A DNA stretch of 64,000 nucleotides from Gemmatimonadaceae bacterium (GCA_051859245.1 JBHYGA010000001.1:864001-928000), one strand, 5' to 3'. Shown: positions 51,576-61,870, counted from the stretch's first letter. Made by a program: numbers and translations. The notes: generated from the sequence alone by a model not told the origin.

Positions 51576-52694
51576 ATGGTTCGATCACGAACTCCTCAAC
51601 AGATCCACTCACGCATGATCCTGTCGTCTGGAATCGAAGCGCGTCAAGAACTCGCGGCAGAGCTTGCACGCTCAAGCCGCAAGCCGCAGACCGTCGTGCA
51701 ACTCGCGGCGGTCGGGGCGTACCTGCCCGAGCGTGTGCAAACGTCGCGTGACGTCGAGCAACAAATCGCGGCATCGAGCCCCGGCTTTCGTGTGCGCCCG
51801 GGTATCATCGCGGCGCGCACCGGCATTCACGCGCGCCGAGTGGCTGAGGAACACGAGCAATGCAGCGATCTCGCGGTGGCTGCGGCTCGGCGTGCGTTGA
51901 GCTCAGCGGGACTTGAGGCACACGATGTGGACCTGCTGATTTTTGCCGCGGCGAGTCAGGACCTGATTGAGCCGGCGACCGCGCACATTGTGCAGCACAA
52001 GCTGGGTACGAACTGTCAGGTGCTCGACGTGAAAAATGCGTGCAACTCATTCCTGAACGGCGTGCAGGTTGCCGAGTCGCTGGTACAAACCGGCGCCGCG
52101 CAACGTGCGCTGGTGGTCACCGGCGAAATCTGTTCACGCGCCGTTCGCTGGACCGTGCGCAACGCAGACGAGTTTCGGGAGCATTTTCCCTGCTACACGA
52201 TGGGTGATGCCGGCGCGGCGGCGGTGCTCACCGCGTCTGACTCCGGTCGTGGTCTGCGCTACCGCAACTTCGCGGCGCGCAGTCATCATTGGCCACTCGC
52301 CACGATCCCGTACGGCGGCTCCATGCACCCGCGTGGTGACGAGTTTGCGTATCTCAAGGGCGACGGTCCCGCGCTGAAAGACGCATTCGTGGCGGAGGGT
52401 CCATCGATCTTGCACGAGATGCTGCGCGATGCGCAGATCGGCTTTGACGATGTCGACCACATCTTTGTGCATCAGGTTGGCGTGCCGTATCACGCGGAGA
52501 TGTTGGCGGCCACCGGCATCCCCGCGCACAAAGTGCGCGGCACTGTTTCAGACTTTGGTAACATGGCCTCGGCCACGATTCCCGTGGCGCATGCAATGGC
52601 CGTGGCCGACGGAACGGTACGCGCGGGTGATCGGGTGATGTGGCTGGGCATGGCGAGTGGCATCAGTGTGGCGCTGTTCATTATCGACGTATGA
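51576..52694 (+). CDS. OleA-like condensing enzyme (thiolase/KAS III superfamily); start uncertain
   Basis: QDLIEPATA (OleA-type Glu-Pro), NACNSF (catalytic Cys), HQV, GNMASA. Confidence 0.85.
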   Translation: MVRSRTPQQIHSRMILSSGIEARQELAAELARSSRKPQTVVQLAAVGAYLPERVQTSRDVEQQIAASSPGFRVRPGIIAARTGIHARRVAEEHEQCSDLAVAAARRALSSAGLEAHDVDLLIFAAASQDLIEPATAHIVQHKLGTNCQVLDVKNACNSFLNGVQVAESLVQTGAAQRALVVTGEICSRAVRWTVRNADEFREHFPCYTMGDAGAAAVLTASDSGRGLRYRNFAARSHHWPLATIPYGGSMHPRGDEFAYLKGDGPALKDAFVAEGPSILHEMLRDAQIGFDDVDHIFVHQVGVPYHAEMLAATGIPAHKVRGTVSDFGNMASATIPVAHAMAVADGTVRAGDRVMWLGMASGISVALFIIDV

Positions 52695-53455
52695 CCGCGC
52701 GCATGACCGATCGCTTTGCCGTCGTGGTACCATGCTTTCAGGAAGAGCGCGGGGTGGAGCACACATTGCGTGCGCTCGCCGCACAAACGGATACCGCCTT
52801 CACGCTCGTGTTCGTGGACAATGGCAGCACTGATCGGTCAGTCGAGATTGTGCGTGCGTTTGCGAATGCGCACGCACCGTTTGCGGTGGAGATACTGCAC
52901 GAGCCGGAAAAGGGAACCGGCGCCGCCTCGGATACGGGCTTTCGTTTTGCGATTGCGAGCGGCGCCGCCTGCATTGCACGAACGGATGCCGACTGCCTGC
53001 CCGCTCCGGACTGGATTGCCAAAATCAAGCAGGCACTCCGCAGCGATGGACTCGAGTTTGTTGCCGGTCGTATCGCGCCGCGGCAGGACGAAGGCTTGTC
53101 ACTGCGCGAACGTTTTGTGTTGCCCCTGATGATTGCGCTCGCGGAACGCTATGGCCGTTATGCAAGGCGGGGACCGCAGTTCAAGTATCCCTACTTCATG
53201 GCGGCCGGCAACAACCTGGCGATTACTGCCGATCTCTACGAGCGGGCGGGGGGCTTTCCGCGCACCGCGATCGAAATCGCACATGAAGATCGTGAGCTGT
53301 CAGAGCGTGTTCGTCAACTCACGCATCGCGCGGAGGTGCGCCGCGACATTCTGGTGTATAACTCTGTGCGACGCGTGCGTGCCTACGGATTTGTGAACGT
53401 GCTCCGATGGTATCGCAATCACGGATACCGTCCTGCTGTGGTTGATGTGCGATGA
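52691..53455 (+). CDS. Glycosyltransferase family 2
   Basis: VVVPCFQE, VDNGSTD, TDADC (DxD), GGF, HED, SVRR. Confidence 0.9.
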   Translation: MTARMTDRFAVVVPCFQEERGVEHTLRALAAQTDTAFTLVFVDNGSTDRSVEIVRAFANAHAPFAVEILHEPEKGTGAASDTGFRFAIASGAACIARTDADCLPAPDWIAKIKQALRSDGLEFVAGRIAPRQDEGLSLRERFVLPLMIALAERYGRYARRGPQFKYPYFMAAGNNLAITADLYERAGGFPRTAIEIAHEDRELSERVRQLTHRAEVRRDILVYNSVRRVRAYGFVNVLRWYRNHGYRPAVVDVR

Positions 53456-54675
53456 CGAGCGCGTCTGGTCGGCGTATTGCGTGGCAGGATATGCGCGTGA
53501 ATCTCGCCGCGCACCCGTTCGCGTGGCCAGCGGCGCGTGCGCTGCGCAATCTTGGCGCTGTGGTCCGCGTACCTGGCGTGGGCGTTGTGGTGAACAGTGC
53601 GCTGCTGGCACATGAGGTGCTCTCGCAGGATCGTACGTTTGTAAAGCAAGGGCCCGGTTCAATCGCTGATGCCTTCACCAGGGCGTTCGGACCGAGTGCG
53701 CTCGCCAACATGGACGGCAACAGTCATCGTGAACTGCGGCAGCGATTGGGGCCGCTCGCCAGTAGTGGTCAGGCAGACGCGTGGCTGTCGAGCGCACGCG
53801 CTCCCTTCGAACGCGCGGTGGCGGCGCTCGCGCGCGGTGAGACGGTGGATCTGTCACGCACATCCCGCGAGCTGTCCGGGCGCCTCACCCTCACACTGAT
53901 GGGTGCCATCCCCGACACGCTGGACGCCACCCAGGAAGACGAACTCGATCGTGCGTCCCGCGAGGTGCACGCGCTCGGTGAACGGATCTCGTCATCGTTG
54001 CAGTTGAACGATCTCGCGAGCTCTGTCAGTCCACGCGTTAAAGCAGATCTCAAGCGACTGTTGGCGTATGCCAATGATGCGTTCGCGCGCAATGATCTGC
54101 CGCCGGCGTCACTTGTGGCACGTCTGAAGGCACTCGGGTGCGACGCCGAAGAGACACGTGGTATTCTTTCCATCTTCTTTGTTGCCGGAGCGCTCACGCT
54201 CGGCGTGGCGCTGCCACGTATTGCGGCGCTGCTTATCGAGTCAGGGCAGCTGGACCGCTTACGCAATGATCCGTCGGCCGTTGCGCGCGCCGTTGACGAA
54301 GGGCTGCGATATACCTGTCCCGTGCCAGCCACCATGCGCATCGCGGCGCAAGACGCGGATGTGGGTTCGCTCCGCGTGCGAAAGGGCGAGAGGCTGTTGA
54401 TTCTCACCGCGAATATGTCACGTGACGCCGAGCTGTTTCCGAATCCGGATCGCTTCGACGTGTCGCGCCAGCACGATCCACGCGCGCGTTATCTGTGGTA
54501 CGGGGCGGGACCGCACTTCTGTCTTGGCTTCACACTCGCGCAGCGCACGTTGCAGTATGCTGTGACCGCGCTGGCGGACGTGCCCGGAGCGTTGCGTGTG
54601 GTCCAGCGGCGCTCTGCTCGCGGGGTGCTATTGCCGGCGTGGCTGGAGTTGCACGTGGCGCAGCGACATCCATGA
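53452..54675 (+). CDS. Cytochrome P450
   Basis: EGLR (ExxR), FPNPDRFD, heme ligand YGAGPHFCLG; I-helix VAGALT. Confidence 0.92.
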   Translation: MTSASGRRIAWQDMRVNLAAHPFAWPAARALRNLGAVVRVPGVGVVVNSALLAHEVLSQDRTFVKQGPGSIADAFTRAFGPSALANMDGNSHRELRQRLGPLASSGQADAWLSSARAPFERAVAALARGETVDLSRTSRELSGRLTLTLMGAIPDTLDATQEDELDRASREVHALGERISSSLQLNDLASSVSPRVKADLKRLLAYANDAFARNDLPPASLVARLKALGCDAEETRGILSIFFVAGALTLGVALPRIAALLIESGQLDRLRNDPSAVARAVDEGLRYTCPVPATMRIAAQDADVGSLRVRKGERLLILTANMSRDAELFPNPDRFDVSRQHDPRARYLWYGAGPHFCLGFTLAQRTLQYAVTALADVPGALRVVQRRSARGVLLPAWLELHVAQRHP

Positions 54676-56339
54676 GCACGCTCCGCGCCGAACGCACGGA
54701 AGCTTTCGCTTCCGGCGACGAAGCCGCAGATCCGATGACGCCACCGCTGTCGCGCATCGCGCACCAGGCGCGGCGAGATCCACACGCTGTGGCAATCGTG
54801 GAGGTCAACGGCGAACGCGAACTGCGTCGCATTAGCCGTAGCCGTCTCGTAGAGCGTGTGATGCATGTGGCGCGTGGTTTACGCGCGTGCGGCTTTCGAG
54901 CGGGTGATCGCGTGCTCTTCTCTGTGCGCCCGGGCATTGATGCGGTTGTTCTGGTGCTTGCCGTGCACTCCCTTGGTGGTGTGCTGATACCGCAGGATCC
55001 GGGAACCGCAGACGCACTCTTCACGGCGCGCGCTGAACTGCTGCAGCCGCGCTGGGTCATGGCGGAGAGTTTGTTGCTGGTGTCTCCAAGAAGCGTTGTG
55101 TCACGCGTGCTGCGCTGGCGCAACGTAAACCTGGCTCCGCTCGGCGCGGTTCAGGGCGCGCAGCTCGTGCGAACAGGGCCGTGGTTACCAGGCCTTCCGA
55201 AAGCCAAAACACTCGGCGCCATTGAACGCACAGGGCGCCGTGTAACTGCGCTCTCGCACGCGCCGCTGAGTGAGCGCGAAGCCCAGCCTCTGCGCGGATC
55301 ACGCGATGTGTTCACGGAATCGGCCGAGGCGTTCATTGTGTGCACGTCGGGCACCACGAGCGCACCAAAGGCTGTCGTGCACACGCGTGCCTCGCTCCTC
55401 GCAATTCTCCGGGCTACTGAGCGAGAGCTGGCGATGGATTCGTCTCACGTGGTGTACAGCAAGGAGCTGCACCTCGTACTGCCGGCGCTCTCGGTTGGCG
55501 CTCGCGTGCTTATGCCGCGCAATCTTGCATTTGACGGAGCGCGAACGCTTCAAGCCTTTGCAGCGCACCGCGCAACGCACGCGTTTCTAGTCACACGCGA
55601 TTGTCGGGTATTGCTCGATACATGTCTCGCGCAGGCCACGAAGATTCCCGACTCGTTGCAGTCGTTGATGATCGGTGCGGCTCCGGTACGCTCTGCATTT
55701 CTGGCGCGGCTGCGTGAGGTGTTGCCGGCACGCTGCGTGGCGTGGTGCGTATACGGCGCGACTGAGGTGCTGCCGATTGCCCGCGTCTCGCTGGAAGAGA
55801 AGGTTGCGTGGTCAGGCCAGGGCGATTTGGTGGGACGCGCGATTCCCGGTGTGAGTGTGCGCGTTGGCAATGATGGACAGTTACATGTCAAGGGCGAGCG
55901 ATTGTGCGCGGGCTATGTTGGCGCCGAGCCAATGCAGGAATACGCGACCGGTGATCTGGCACGCATGGATGGTGAAGGCATTGTGCTGCTCGGTCGAGCG
56001 AAGGACATGTTGATTCGCGGTGATTACAACATCTATCCCGAACTGTACGAGCCACTGGTCGAGCGCATCGCTGGTGTGCGGCGCGCCGCCATGATCGGTG
56101 ACTTTGACGCGGTGAATGCCGACGAACGTGTGATTCTGGTGGTGGAGCCAGAGCGGGGCACTGATGCCGTCGCGCTTCGTGAGCGCGTGGCAAAAGAGGT
56201 GCGCACGGGTCCGAATCGCCTCGATTCCACCGCGCTACCAGACGAGATCATCGTGCGTTCTCTGCCGGAGTCTGGCCGCTCCAACAAGATTGACAAGGTG
56301 GCGCTACGCCAAGCGGTCGGTGCTCGGTCGTGCGCGTAG
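54672..56339 (+). CDS. Adenylate-forming enzyme (ANL superfamily), OleC-like by context
   Basis: CTSGTTSAPKAV, YGATE, ATGD, LLGRAKDM, terminal SNKIDK. Confidence 0.88.
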   Translation: MSTLRAERTEAFASGDEAADPMTPPLSRIAHQARRDPHAVAIVEVNGERELRRISRSRLVERVMHVARGLRACGFRAGDRVLFSVRPGIDAVVLVLAVHSLGGVLIPQDPGTADALFTARAELLQPRWVMAESLLLVSPRSVVSRVLRWRNVNLAPLGAVQGAQLVRTGPWLPGLPKAKTLGAIERTGRRVTALSHAPLSEREAQPLRGSRDVFTESAEAFIVCTSGTTSAPKAVVHTRASLLAILRATERELAMDSSHVVYSKELHLVLPALSVGARVLMPRNLAFDGARTLQAFAAHRATHAFLVTRDCRVLLDTCLAQATKIPDSLQSLMIGAAPVRSAFLARLREVLPARCVAWCVYGATEVLPIARVSLEEKVAWSGQGDLVGRAIPGVSVRVGNDGQLHVKGERLCAGYVGAEPMQEYATGDLARMDGEGIVLLGRAKDMLIRGDYNIYPELYEPLVERIAGVRRAAMIGDFDAVNADERVILVVEPERGTDAVALRERVAKEVRTGPNRLDSTALPDEIIVRSLPESGRSNKIDKVALRQAVGARSCA

Positions 56340-57217
56340 CCGTTACTGGTGCGAGTGGTTTCATTGGCGGGCGTGTGGCGCGAACGCTGCAGGCGCGTGG
56401 ATATGAAGTGCAGTCGTTTGGCCGGCGTGACGCAGCGCATCTTGAGCACCCGCTGCCGAACTATCAGCGCTGGGACCTTGCGCATGGTCCGTATGCACTC
56501 GGCGACATGGACGCCGTGGTGCATTGTGCCGCGCACGTGGCTCAGTGGGGAGGCCAGCACGAATTCGAGATGGTGAACGTGCGTGGTACCGAACATGTAG
56601 TCGAGAGTATGCCAGCTGCGGCGCGCATGGTGTATGTGAGCTCCGGCAGCGTTCATCACACCACGCAACCGGACAGCCTGCCACCCTACGCGCGGACTAA
56701 GCAGCGCGGTGAAGCGATTGCACTCAGTCGCGCTGCGAAAGCAGTGGTGTTGCGACCACACATCGTGTATGGTCCCGGCGATACCACGCTCTGGCCACGT
56801 GTTCGCGACGCACGGCGAGGCACGCGACTGCTGGTGCCGGGCAACGGGCAGAATTGTGTGGCTGTCACGCACGTGGACAATCTCGTACACGCTGTAGAAC
56901 GGGCGCTGCATGCGTCGAGTCCCGCCGGCGTGTACAACATCGCGGATGAAACGGCGCCACGCGTGCACGACTTGCTGACCACCATGTTCGCACGCTACAA
57001 CGAACCGGTCGAAATCACGTACATCCCTCGGCCGGTCGCGTGGACCGCGGCGCTGGCACTCGAAGCCGCCTGGACCGTGCTGCAACGCCAGTCGGACCCG
57101 CCGCTTACACGGTATGTGGTGCAAAGTCTGGCCGATCCGTTTCCGCTTGATATCAGCGCCGCCAAAGCTGTGCTGCAGTATGCGCCGCACTACACGTACC
57201 GTGATGGGCCACTGTAA
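56330..57217 (+). CDS. NAD(P)-dependent extended SDR (3-beta-HSD/OleD-like)
   Basis: TGASGFIG, HCAA, YARTK (YxxxK), LRPHIVYGPGD. Confidence 0.88.
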   Translation: MRVAVTGASGFIGGRVARTLQARGYEVQSFGRRDAAHLEHPLPNYQRWDLAHGPYALGDMDAVVHCAAHVAQWGGQHEFEMVNVRGTEHVVESMPAAARMVYVSSGSVHHTTQPDSLPPYARTKQRGEAIALSRAAKAVVLRPHIVYGPGDTTLWPRVRDARRGTRLLVPGNGQNCVAVTHVDNLVHAVERALHASSPAGVYNIADETAPRVHDLLTTMFARYNEPVEITYIPRPVAWTAALALEAAWTVLQRQSDPPLTRYVVQSLADPFPLDISAAKAVLQYAPHYTYRDGPL

Positions 57218-57222
57218 CTGAT

Positions 57223-58131
57223 CTACCGCTGGCAGTTCGCGCAGAACACGGTGTTGCGTCCATCAATGGCGTGTGTCGCAATCAAACGTTTGCCGCAGCG
57301 AGCACACGGTGCGCCTTCTCGCCCGTACGCCAGCAGCTGTCGTACAAAGTCTCCGCGCTCTCCACTCGCATCCCGATAATCACGAAAGCTGGTACCACGC
57401 GCTGCGATGCTTGCCGTCAGGATCTGGCGCAGCGTGCTGTGCAACCGCAGCCATTCGTGTGCTTCCAACGAACGCGTTTCACGCGACGGATCAATCTGTG
57501 CGGCCCACAGTGCTTCTGTGGCGTAGATGTTCCCCACGCCAGCCAATCGGTGCTGATCCATGAGCGCCGCCTTGATCACGCGCGTGGAGTCACCGAGCGC
57601 GGCGCGAAGATCCGCAGCAGTAAAATCTGCGTCGAGTGGTTCGGGACCGAGAGCGCGTTCGTACTCGGCAAATCGCGCCCGATCCATCCACGATACGGTG
57701 CCCAGTCGCCGTACATCACGGTAGTGCAGGGCGCGACCGTCGTGCAGCGTGAAGGTGACGGTGAGATAGTCGGCGAGACCTTCAGGAAGTGTGCCGTCGT
57801 CGACCAACAGCGAGCCGGTAAACCGCGGTTGCACCACGACGTGGCCGGCGAGCAGCAAATCGCTACCGGCGCCCGACGCTCCACCAGCACCTGACCGTCC
57901 GGCAACACCAGTCGCCGCAGCGCCATCTCGTCCAGCCAGATCAAGCACGATCAACTTGGCGCGTCGCCACACGGCGGCAATCGTGCAGTCGCTGACGTGT
58001 TGCGCCAACTCGCGAACCGTCGCGCCGCGCAAAACATCCTCGCGCTCCACGTGTACGCCGCGAACACTCGCCCCGCGTACCCGTGCTTGCAGATCGCGCG
58101 CAATTGTTTCCGTTTCCGGCAACTCCGGCAT
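57223..58131 (-). CDS. mutM: Formamidopyrimidine-DNA glycosylase
   Basis: MPELPE, H2TH motif AGVGNIYATEAL, zinc finger CARC...CANCQ. Confidence 0.95.
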   Translation of the reverse strand: MPELPETETIARDLQARVRGASVRGVHVEREDVLRGATVRELAQHVSDCTIAAVWRRAKLIVLDLAGRDGAAATGVAGRSGAGGASGAGSDLLLAGHVVVQPRFTGSLLVDDGTLPEGLADYLTVTFTLHDGRALHYRDVRRLGTVSWMDRARFAEYERALGPEPLDADFTAADLRAALGDSTRVIKAALMDQHRLAGVGNIYATEALWAAQIDPSRETRSLEAHEWLRLHSTLRQILTASIAARGTSFRDYRDASGERGDFVRQLLAYGREGAPCARCGKRLIATHAIDGRNTVFCANCQR

Positions 58132-59412
58132 TTACGCCTGCCGCTCGTGCTCCCGCCATCCGATATCGCTGCGGTACTGCTTATCCGCCAGCTCCACGGC
58201 CTCCGCGCCTTCGCGACTGATCGTGCGCGCTTCGTCGAAGGTTGCGCCAATTCCCGTCACGGCAACAACACGGCCGCCGCTCGAGACAAGTTCGCCATTG
58301 TCCGCACGCTTGGTGCCGGCGTGAAACACGCGTCGCGTGTCGGTGTCGTCAGGCAAACGAATCACATCACCGGTGCGTGGCGTCTCTGGATAATTCGCGG
58401 CGGCAACAACGGTGGTTACCGACGCACCGGAGCGCCACGTGAGCGGCGACATGTTGTTGATCTTTGCACCGCGCGCAATCGCCAGCATCGGATCAAGCAA
58501 GCTGCTGGTCAGCATCGGCAAAATTGCCTGTGTCTCCGGATCACCAAAGCGGCAGTTGAATTCCACTACCTGCGGCCCTTCTTCGGTGAGCATCAGGCCA
58601 GCGTACAACAATCCCGTAAACGGCGTGCCGCGCTTGCGCAGCGCGTGCAGCGTGGGCAGCAGAATGCGTTCGGTCACATCTTCGAGCAGCGCGGCTGTGC
58701 CGAGCGATACCGGGGTGTATGCACCCATGCCGCCGGTATTCGGACCGTCATCACCGTCAAGCAGACGCTTGTGATCCTGCGCTGGAATCATGGTGAGCAC
58801 ATCGGTGCCGTCCGTCATTGCAAAGAGCGACAACTCTTCGCCCTGCATGAAGGCTTCCACCAGGCACTCATCGCCGGCGGCACCGAACGCTTTGTCTCCC
58901 ATGATGCGATCAATCGCGGCGTGTGCTTCAGCATCCGTGTTACACACAATCACGCCTTTGCCGGCCGCGAGCCCTGACGCCTTGATCACAACGGGTGCCG
59001 CGAATCGTTCATTCACCGCGGCATGCGCACCGGCCGCGGTGCGATGCGTCTCCGCGCGCGCGGTGGGGACACCCGCGCGCTCCATCAGCGACTTGGCCAC
59101 GTGCTTGGATGTTTCGATCTGCGCCGCTTCATACGTGGGCCCGAACGCGGGAATGCCGCGCAGCCGCAACCGATCGACCAGACCTTCGGCGAGCGGTGCT
59201 TCGGGCCCTACGATCACGAGATGTACCTGCTCGTCGGCTGCAAACGCCACGATGTTGTCGCTGTCCGTGACCGGAATCGGTACCACGCGCGCGAGCGATG
59301 CGAGGCCCGGATTTCCAGGCGCCGCAATCAGCTCGAACGTTGTGTTTTCCCGGAGCAGCGTATCGGCGATCGCGTGTTCGCGACCGCCGTTTCCAATCAG
59401 AAGAATCTTCAT
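58132..59412 (-). CDS. purD: Phosphoribosylamine-glycine ligase
   Basis: GNGGREHA, GPEAPL, KASGLAAGKGV, QDHKR, GPNTGGMGAY, EFNCRFGDPE. Confidence 0.97.
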   Translation of the reverse strand: MKILLIGNGGREHAIADTLLRENTTFELIAAPGNPGLASLARVVPIPVTDSDNIVAFAADEQVHLVIVGPEAPLAEGLVDRLRLRGIPAFGPTYEAAQIETSKHVAKSLMERAGVPTARAETHRTAAGAHAAVNERFAAPVVIKASGLAAGKGVIVCNTDAEAHAAIDRIMGDKAFGAAGDECLVEAFMQGEELSLFAMTDGTDVLTMIPAQDHKRLLDGDDGPNTGGMGAYTPVSLGTAALLEDVTERILLPTLHALRKRGTPFTGLLYAGLMLTEEGPQVVEFNCRFGDPETQAILPMLTSSLLDPMLAIARGAKINNMSPLTWRSGASVTTVVAAANYPETPRTGDVIRLPDDTDTRRVFHAGTKRADNGELVSSGGRVVAVTGIGATFDEARTISREGAEAVELADKQYRSDIGWREHERQA

Positions 59413-59464
59413 AGCCGACACAGCGAATTAGGGGCGTGACCTCACGTCCGAGGCCACGCGAAAC

Positions 59465-60502
59465 CTAATCCGTCTTTGGCGGCGGCGCGTCGTCTTCTGC
59501 AGTCGCTGTAGCGGCTCCACCGGTGGCCGCGCGGAAGGCTTCGGCGAACGCGTCGGCCGCCTTGGTGATCACGTCTGAGACGCGGTCGGCCGCTGCGCGC
59601 GCTTCACGGGCGTAGTAGTCGGAGGCTTCGCGCACATCGTCGCCAAGCGGACGTGCGGCTTCCTCACCACGACGAACGTACGCGCCACCAACAATGCGGC
59701 TGTACTCGCCCGCCTCAACCCAGCGATCCAGCTCGCCTACACGAACCGTGTGGAACGGATGGACGCGCAACGCGGTGTTGAGTGCCTTCAGCACCGCGTC
59801 CCAGCTCGTGCCACCGATTTCGTACTCACGCGCCTGCGCGATGTAGGCATCAAGGTCTACCGTGTCGTTCACCACCTTGCCACCGGCGAGTGACAGAAAT
59901 GCACCCATTGACGCGCGTACGTTCTGCGAGCCGAGCAGTCCCGCGCGATCCGCCGACAGCTCTGACTTGCGATACCACTCGAGCAGCGCCAGCTGGAACG
60001 GTAAGAGTGCCACCGTGGCCACAATCGGCAGGGCCTGCAAACCGAACGTCATCACGATGATCGCAATGGTACGATACGTGGTGTGTCCGCTCATGATATG
60101 ACCGAGCTCGTGCGCCAGAATGAAACGCTGCTCCTCGTACGAGAGGATCTCGAGCGCGCCCGAGTTGATCACAATGAACGGCTTGTCAAAGCCCACGGCG
60201 CCGGCGTTCGCGAGAGGCGTTTGCGCCACGTATAACTGGGGCGGCTCAAGACCGGCGTTTGGCCAGTCGAGCGTTTGCAACACTTCCTGATACAGCGCGT
60301 ACAGATTCGGACGCTGTGTGGGGCCCACGAGCACCGCGTCGCCGAGGAAAAGATTGCGGATGCCGCGTTCGCCAAAAATGCCGGCGATCTTTCGCACGGC
60401 GAGATCAAAGCCGGGCAGGGCGCGCAGTGAATTGAGCGCCGCGCGGTCAGCCGGGTGCTCCCAACTGACGGATGCGATCTGAGTGAGCGGTACTTGGGTC
60501 AT
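59465..60502 (-). CDS. M48-family zinc metallopeptidase
   Basis: WEHPADRAAL, AHELGH, ELSADRAG, HP....R. Confidence 0.9.
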   Translation of the reverse strand: MTQVPLTQIASVSWEHPADRAALNSLRALPGFDLAVRKIAGIFGERGIRNLFLGDAVLVGPTQRPNLYALYQEVLQTLDWPNAGLEPPQLYVAQTPLANAGAVGFDKPFIVINSGALEILSYEEQRFILAHELGHIMSGHTTYRTIAIIVMTFGLQALPIVATVALLPFQLALLEWYRKSELSADRAGLLGSQNVRASMGAFLSLAGGKVVNDTVDLDAYIAQAREYEIGGTSWDAVLKALNTALRVHPFHTVRVGELDRWVEAGEYSRIVGGAYVRRGEEAARPLGDDVREASDYYAREARAAADRVSDVITKAADAFAEAFRAATGGAATATAEDDAPPPKTD

Positions 60503-60599
60503 GGCGGCTCGGGCTGGAGGTTTCCTAGCCCTACGCCACAACGGCCAGAAGGTTGCGACCGCCCGCGGGAAAATCCGGCGGGCGGCCGACATCGCATCA

Positions 60600-61763
60600 C
60601 TACGCCAGCGCCTGCTCCAGATCCGCGATCAGATCTTCCACGTCCTCTACACCGCATGACAGGCGGATCATGCCATCGGTCAGTCCCATCTCGGCCTTCA
60701 CATCCGCGGGCACGGACCCGTGTGTCATGCTCGCCGGGTGGCTGATCAGGCTCTCCACGCCGCCCAAAGACTCGGCCAGGGCGAACACCTTCACCTTCTC
60801 CAGCACCTGCGTGGCACGGGCCATGGTGCCGAGCTCGAGCGTAATCATGCCGCCAAAGCCGCTCATCTGGCGCGCTGCCAGTTCGTGCTGCGGGTGCGAC
60901 TCGAGCCCGGGATAAATCACCGACTCGTGCCCGAGCCGCTCGGCGAGCCAACTCGCGATCTGACGGCCATTTGCGTCGTGCTGCTTCATGCGCAGCGGCA
61001 GCGTCTTCGTGCCACGCAGCGCCAGCCAGCAATCGAAGGGTCCGGGCACGGCGCCAGCGGCGTTTTGAATGAATTGCAGGCGATTTGCCAGATCGTCCTC
61101 AAGAACCACTGCGACACCGCCGATCATATCAGAGTGACCGTTCAAGTACTTGGTCGTGGAGTGCCACACGATATGCGCGCCCACTTCGAGGGGACGCTGG
61201 AAAATCGGCGTGGCAAAGGTGTTGTCGACAACGAGCAGGGCATCGTGCTTTTTCGCGATCTCGGCCATGGCGGCGAGATCGGCCAGTCGCATCAGCGGGT
61301 TCGTAGGAGTTTCGATCAGCAGGGCGCGGGTACTTGCCGTCATCGCGTCCGCCACACGCTGCGCATCGCGTGTGTCCACATAGGTGAAGGACAAGCCGAA
61401 ATGACGCAGGATCTTGTCGAACAGGCGGAACGTGCCGCCGTAGACATTTTCGCCAACGACGATATGGTCGCCGGCGCGGAAGAGCTTCATGATCGAATCG
61501 AGACAGCCCATGCCGCTGGCGAAGGCGAAGCCATGCTGCCCGCTCTCGAGCGTGGCGACATTGCGCTCCAGCGCCTCACGCGTAGGATTCTTTCCACGGG
61601 CGTATTCGTAACCCTTGTTCCGTCCGACCCCGTCCTGCACGTAGGTCGAGGTCAGGTAGAGCGGGGTCATGATCGCGCCCGCGTGGGGTTCGGGGCGCTG
61701 GCCCGCGTGAATGGCACGGGTAGCGAGTCCGGCCTCGAGATCGTCAGCAAAGATGCGCGTCAT
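60600..61763 (-). CDS. Cystathionine gamma-lyase/synthase (PLP-dependent trans-sulfuration enzyme)
   Basis: YARGKNPTR, ETPTNP, VDNTFATP, HSTTKYLNGHSD, AESLGGVESL. Confidence 0.92.
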   Translation of the reverse strand: MTRIFADDLEAGLATRAIHAGQRPEPHAGAIMTPLYLTSTYVQDGVGRNKGYEYARGKNPTREALERNVATLESGQHGFAFASGMGCLDSIMKLFRAGDHIVVGENVYGGTFRLFDKILRHFGLSFTYVDTRDAQRVADAMTASTRALLIETPTNPLMRLADLAAMAEIAKKHDALLVVDNTFATPIFQRPLEVGAHIVWHSTTKYLNGHSDMIGGVAVVLEDDLANRLQFIQNAAGAVPGPFDCWLALRGTKTLPLRMKQHDANGRQIASWLAERLGHESVIYPGLESHPQHELAARQMSGFGGMITLELGTMARATQVLEKVKVFALAESLGGVESLISHPASMTHGSVPADVKAEMGLTDGMIRLSCGVEDVEDLIADLEQALA

Positions 61764-61870
61764 GGCAAACTGGGCGTGGTGCGAGGAGGGAAGAAGGATC
61801 GTGTGGAAGCTAGCCGACGGTTCGTCTGGTCGCAGGCCGACACGCGTTTTGACCCGCCTCCCGCGGCCTG

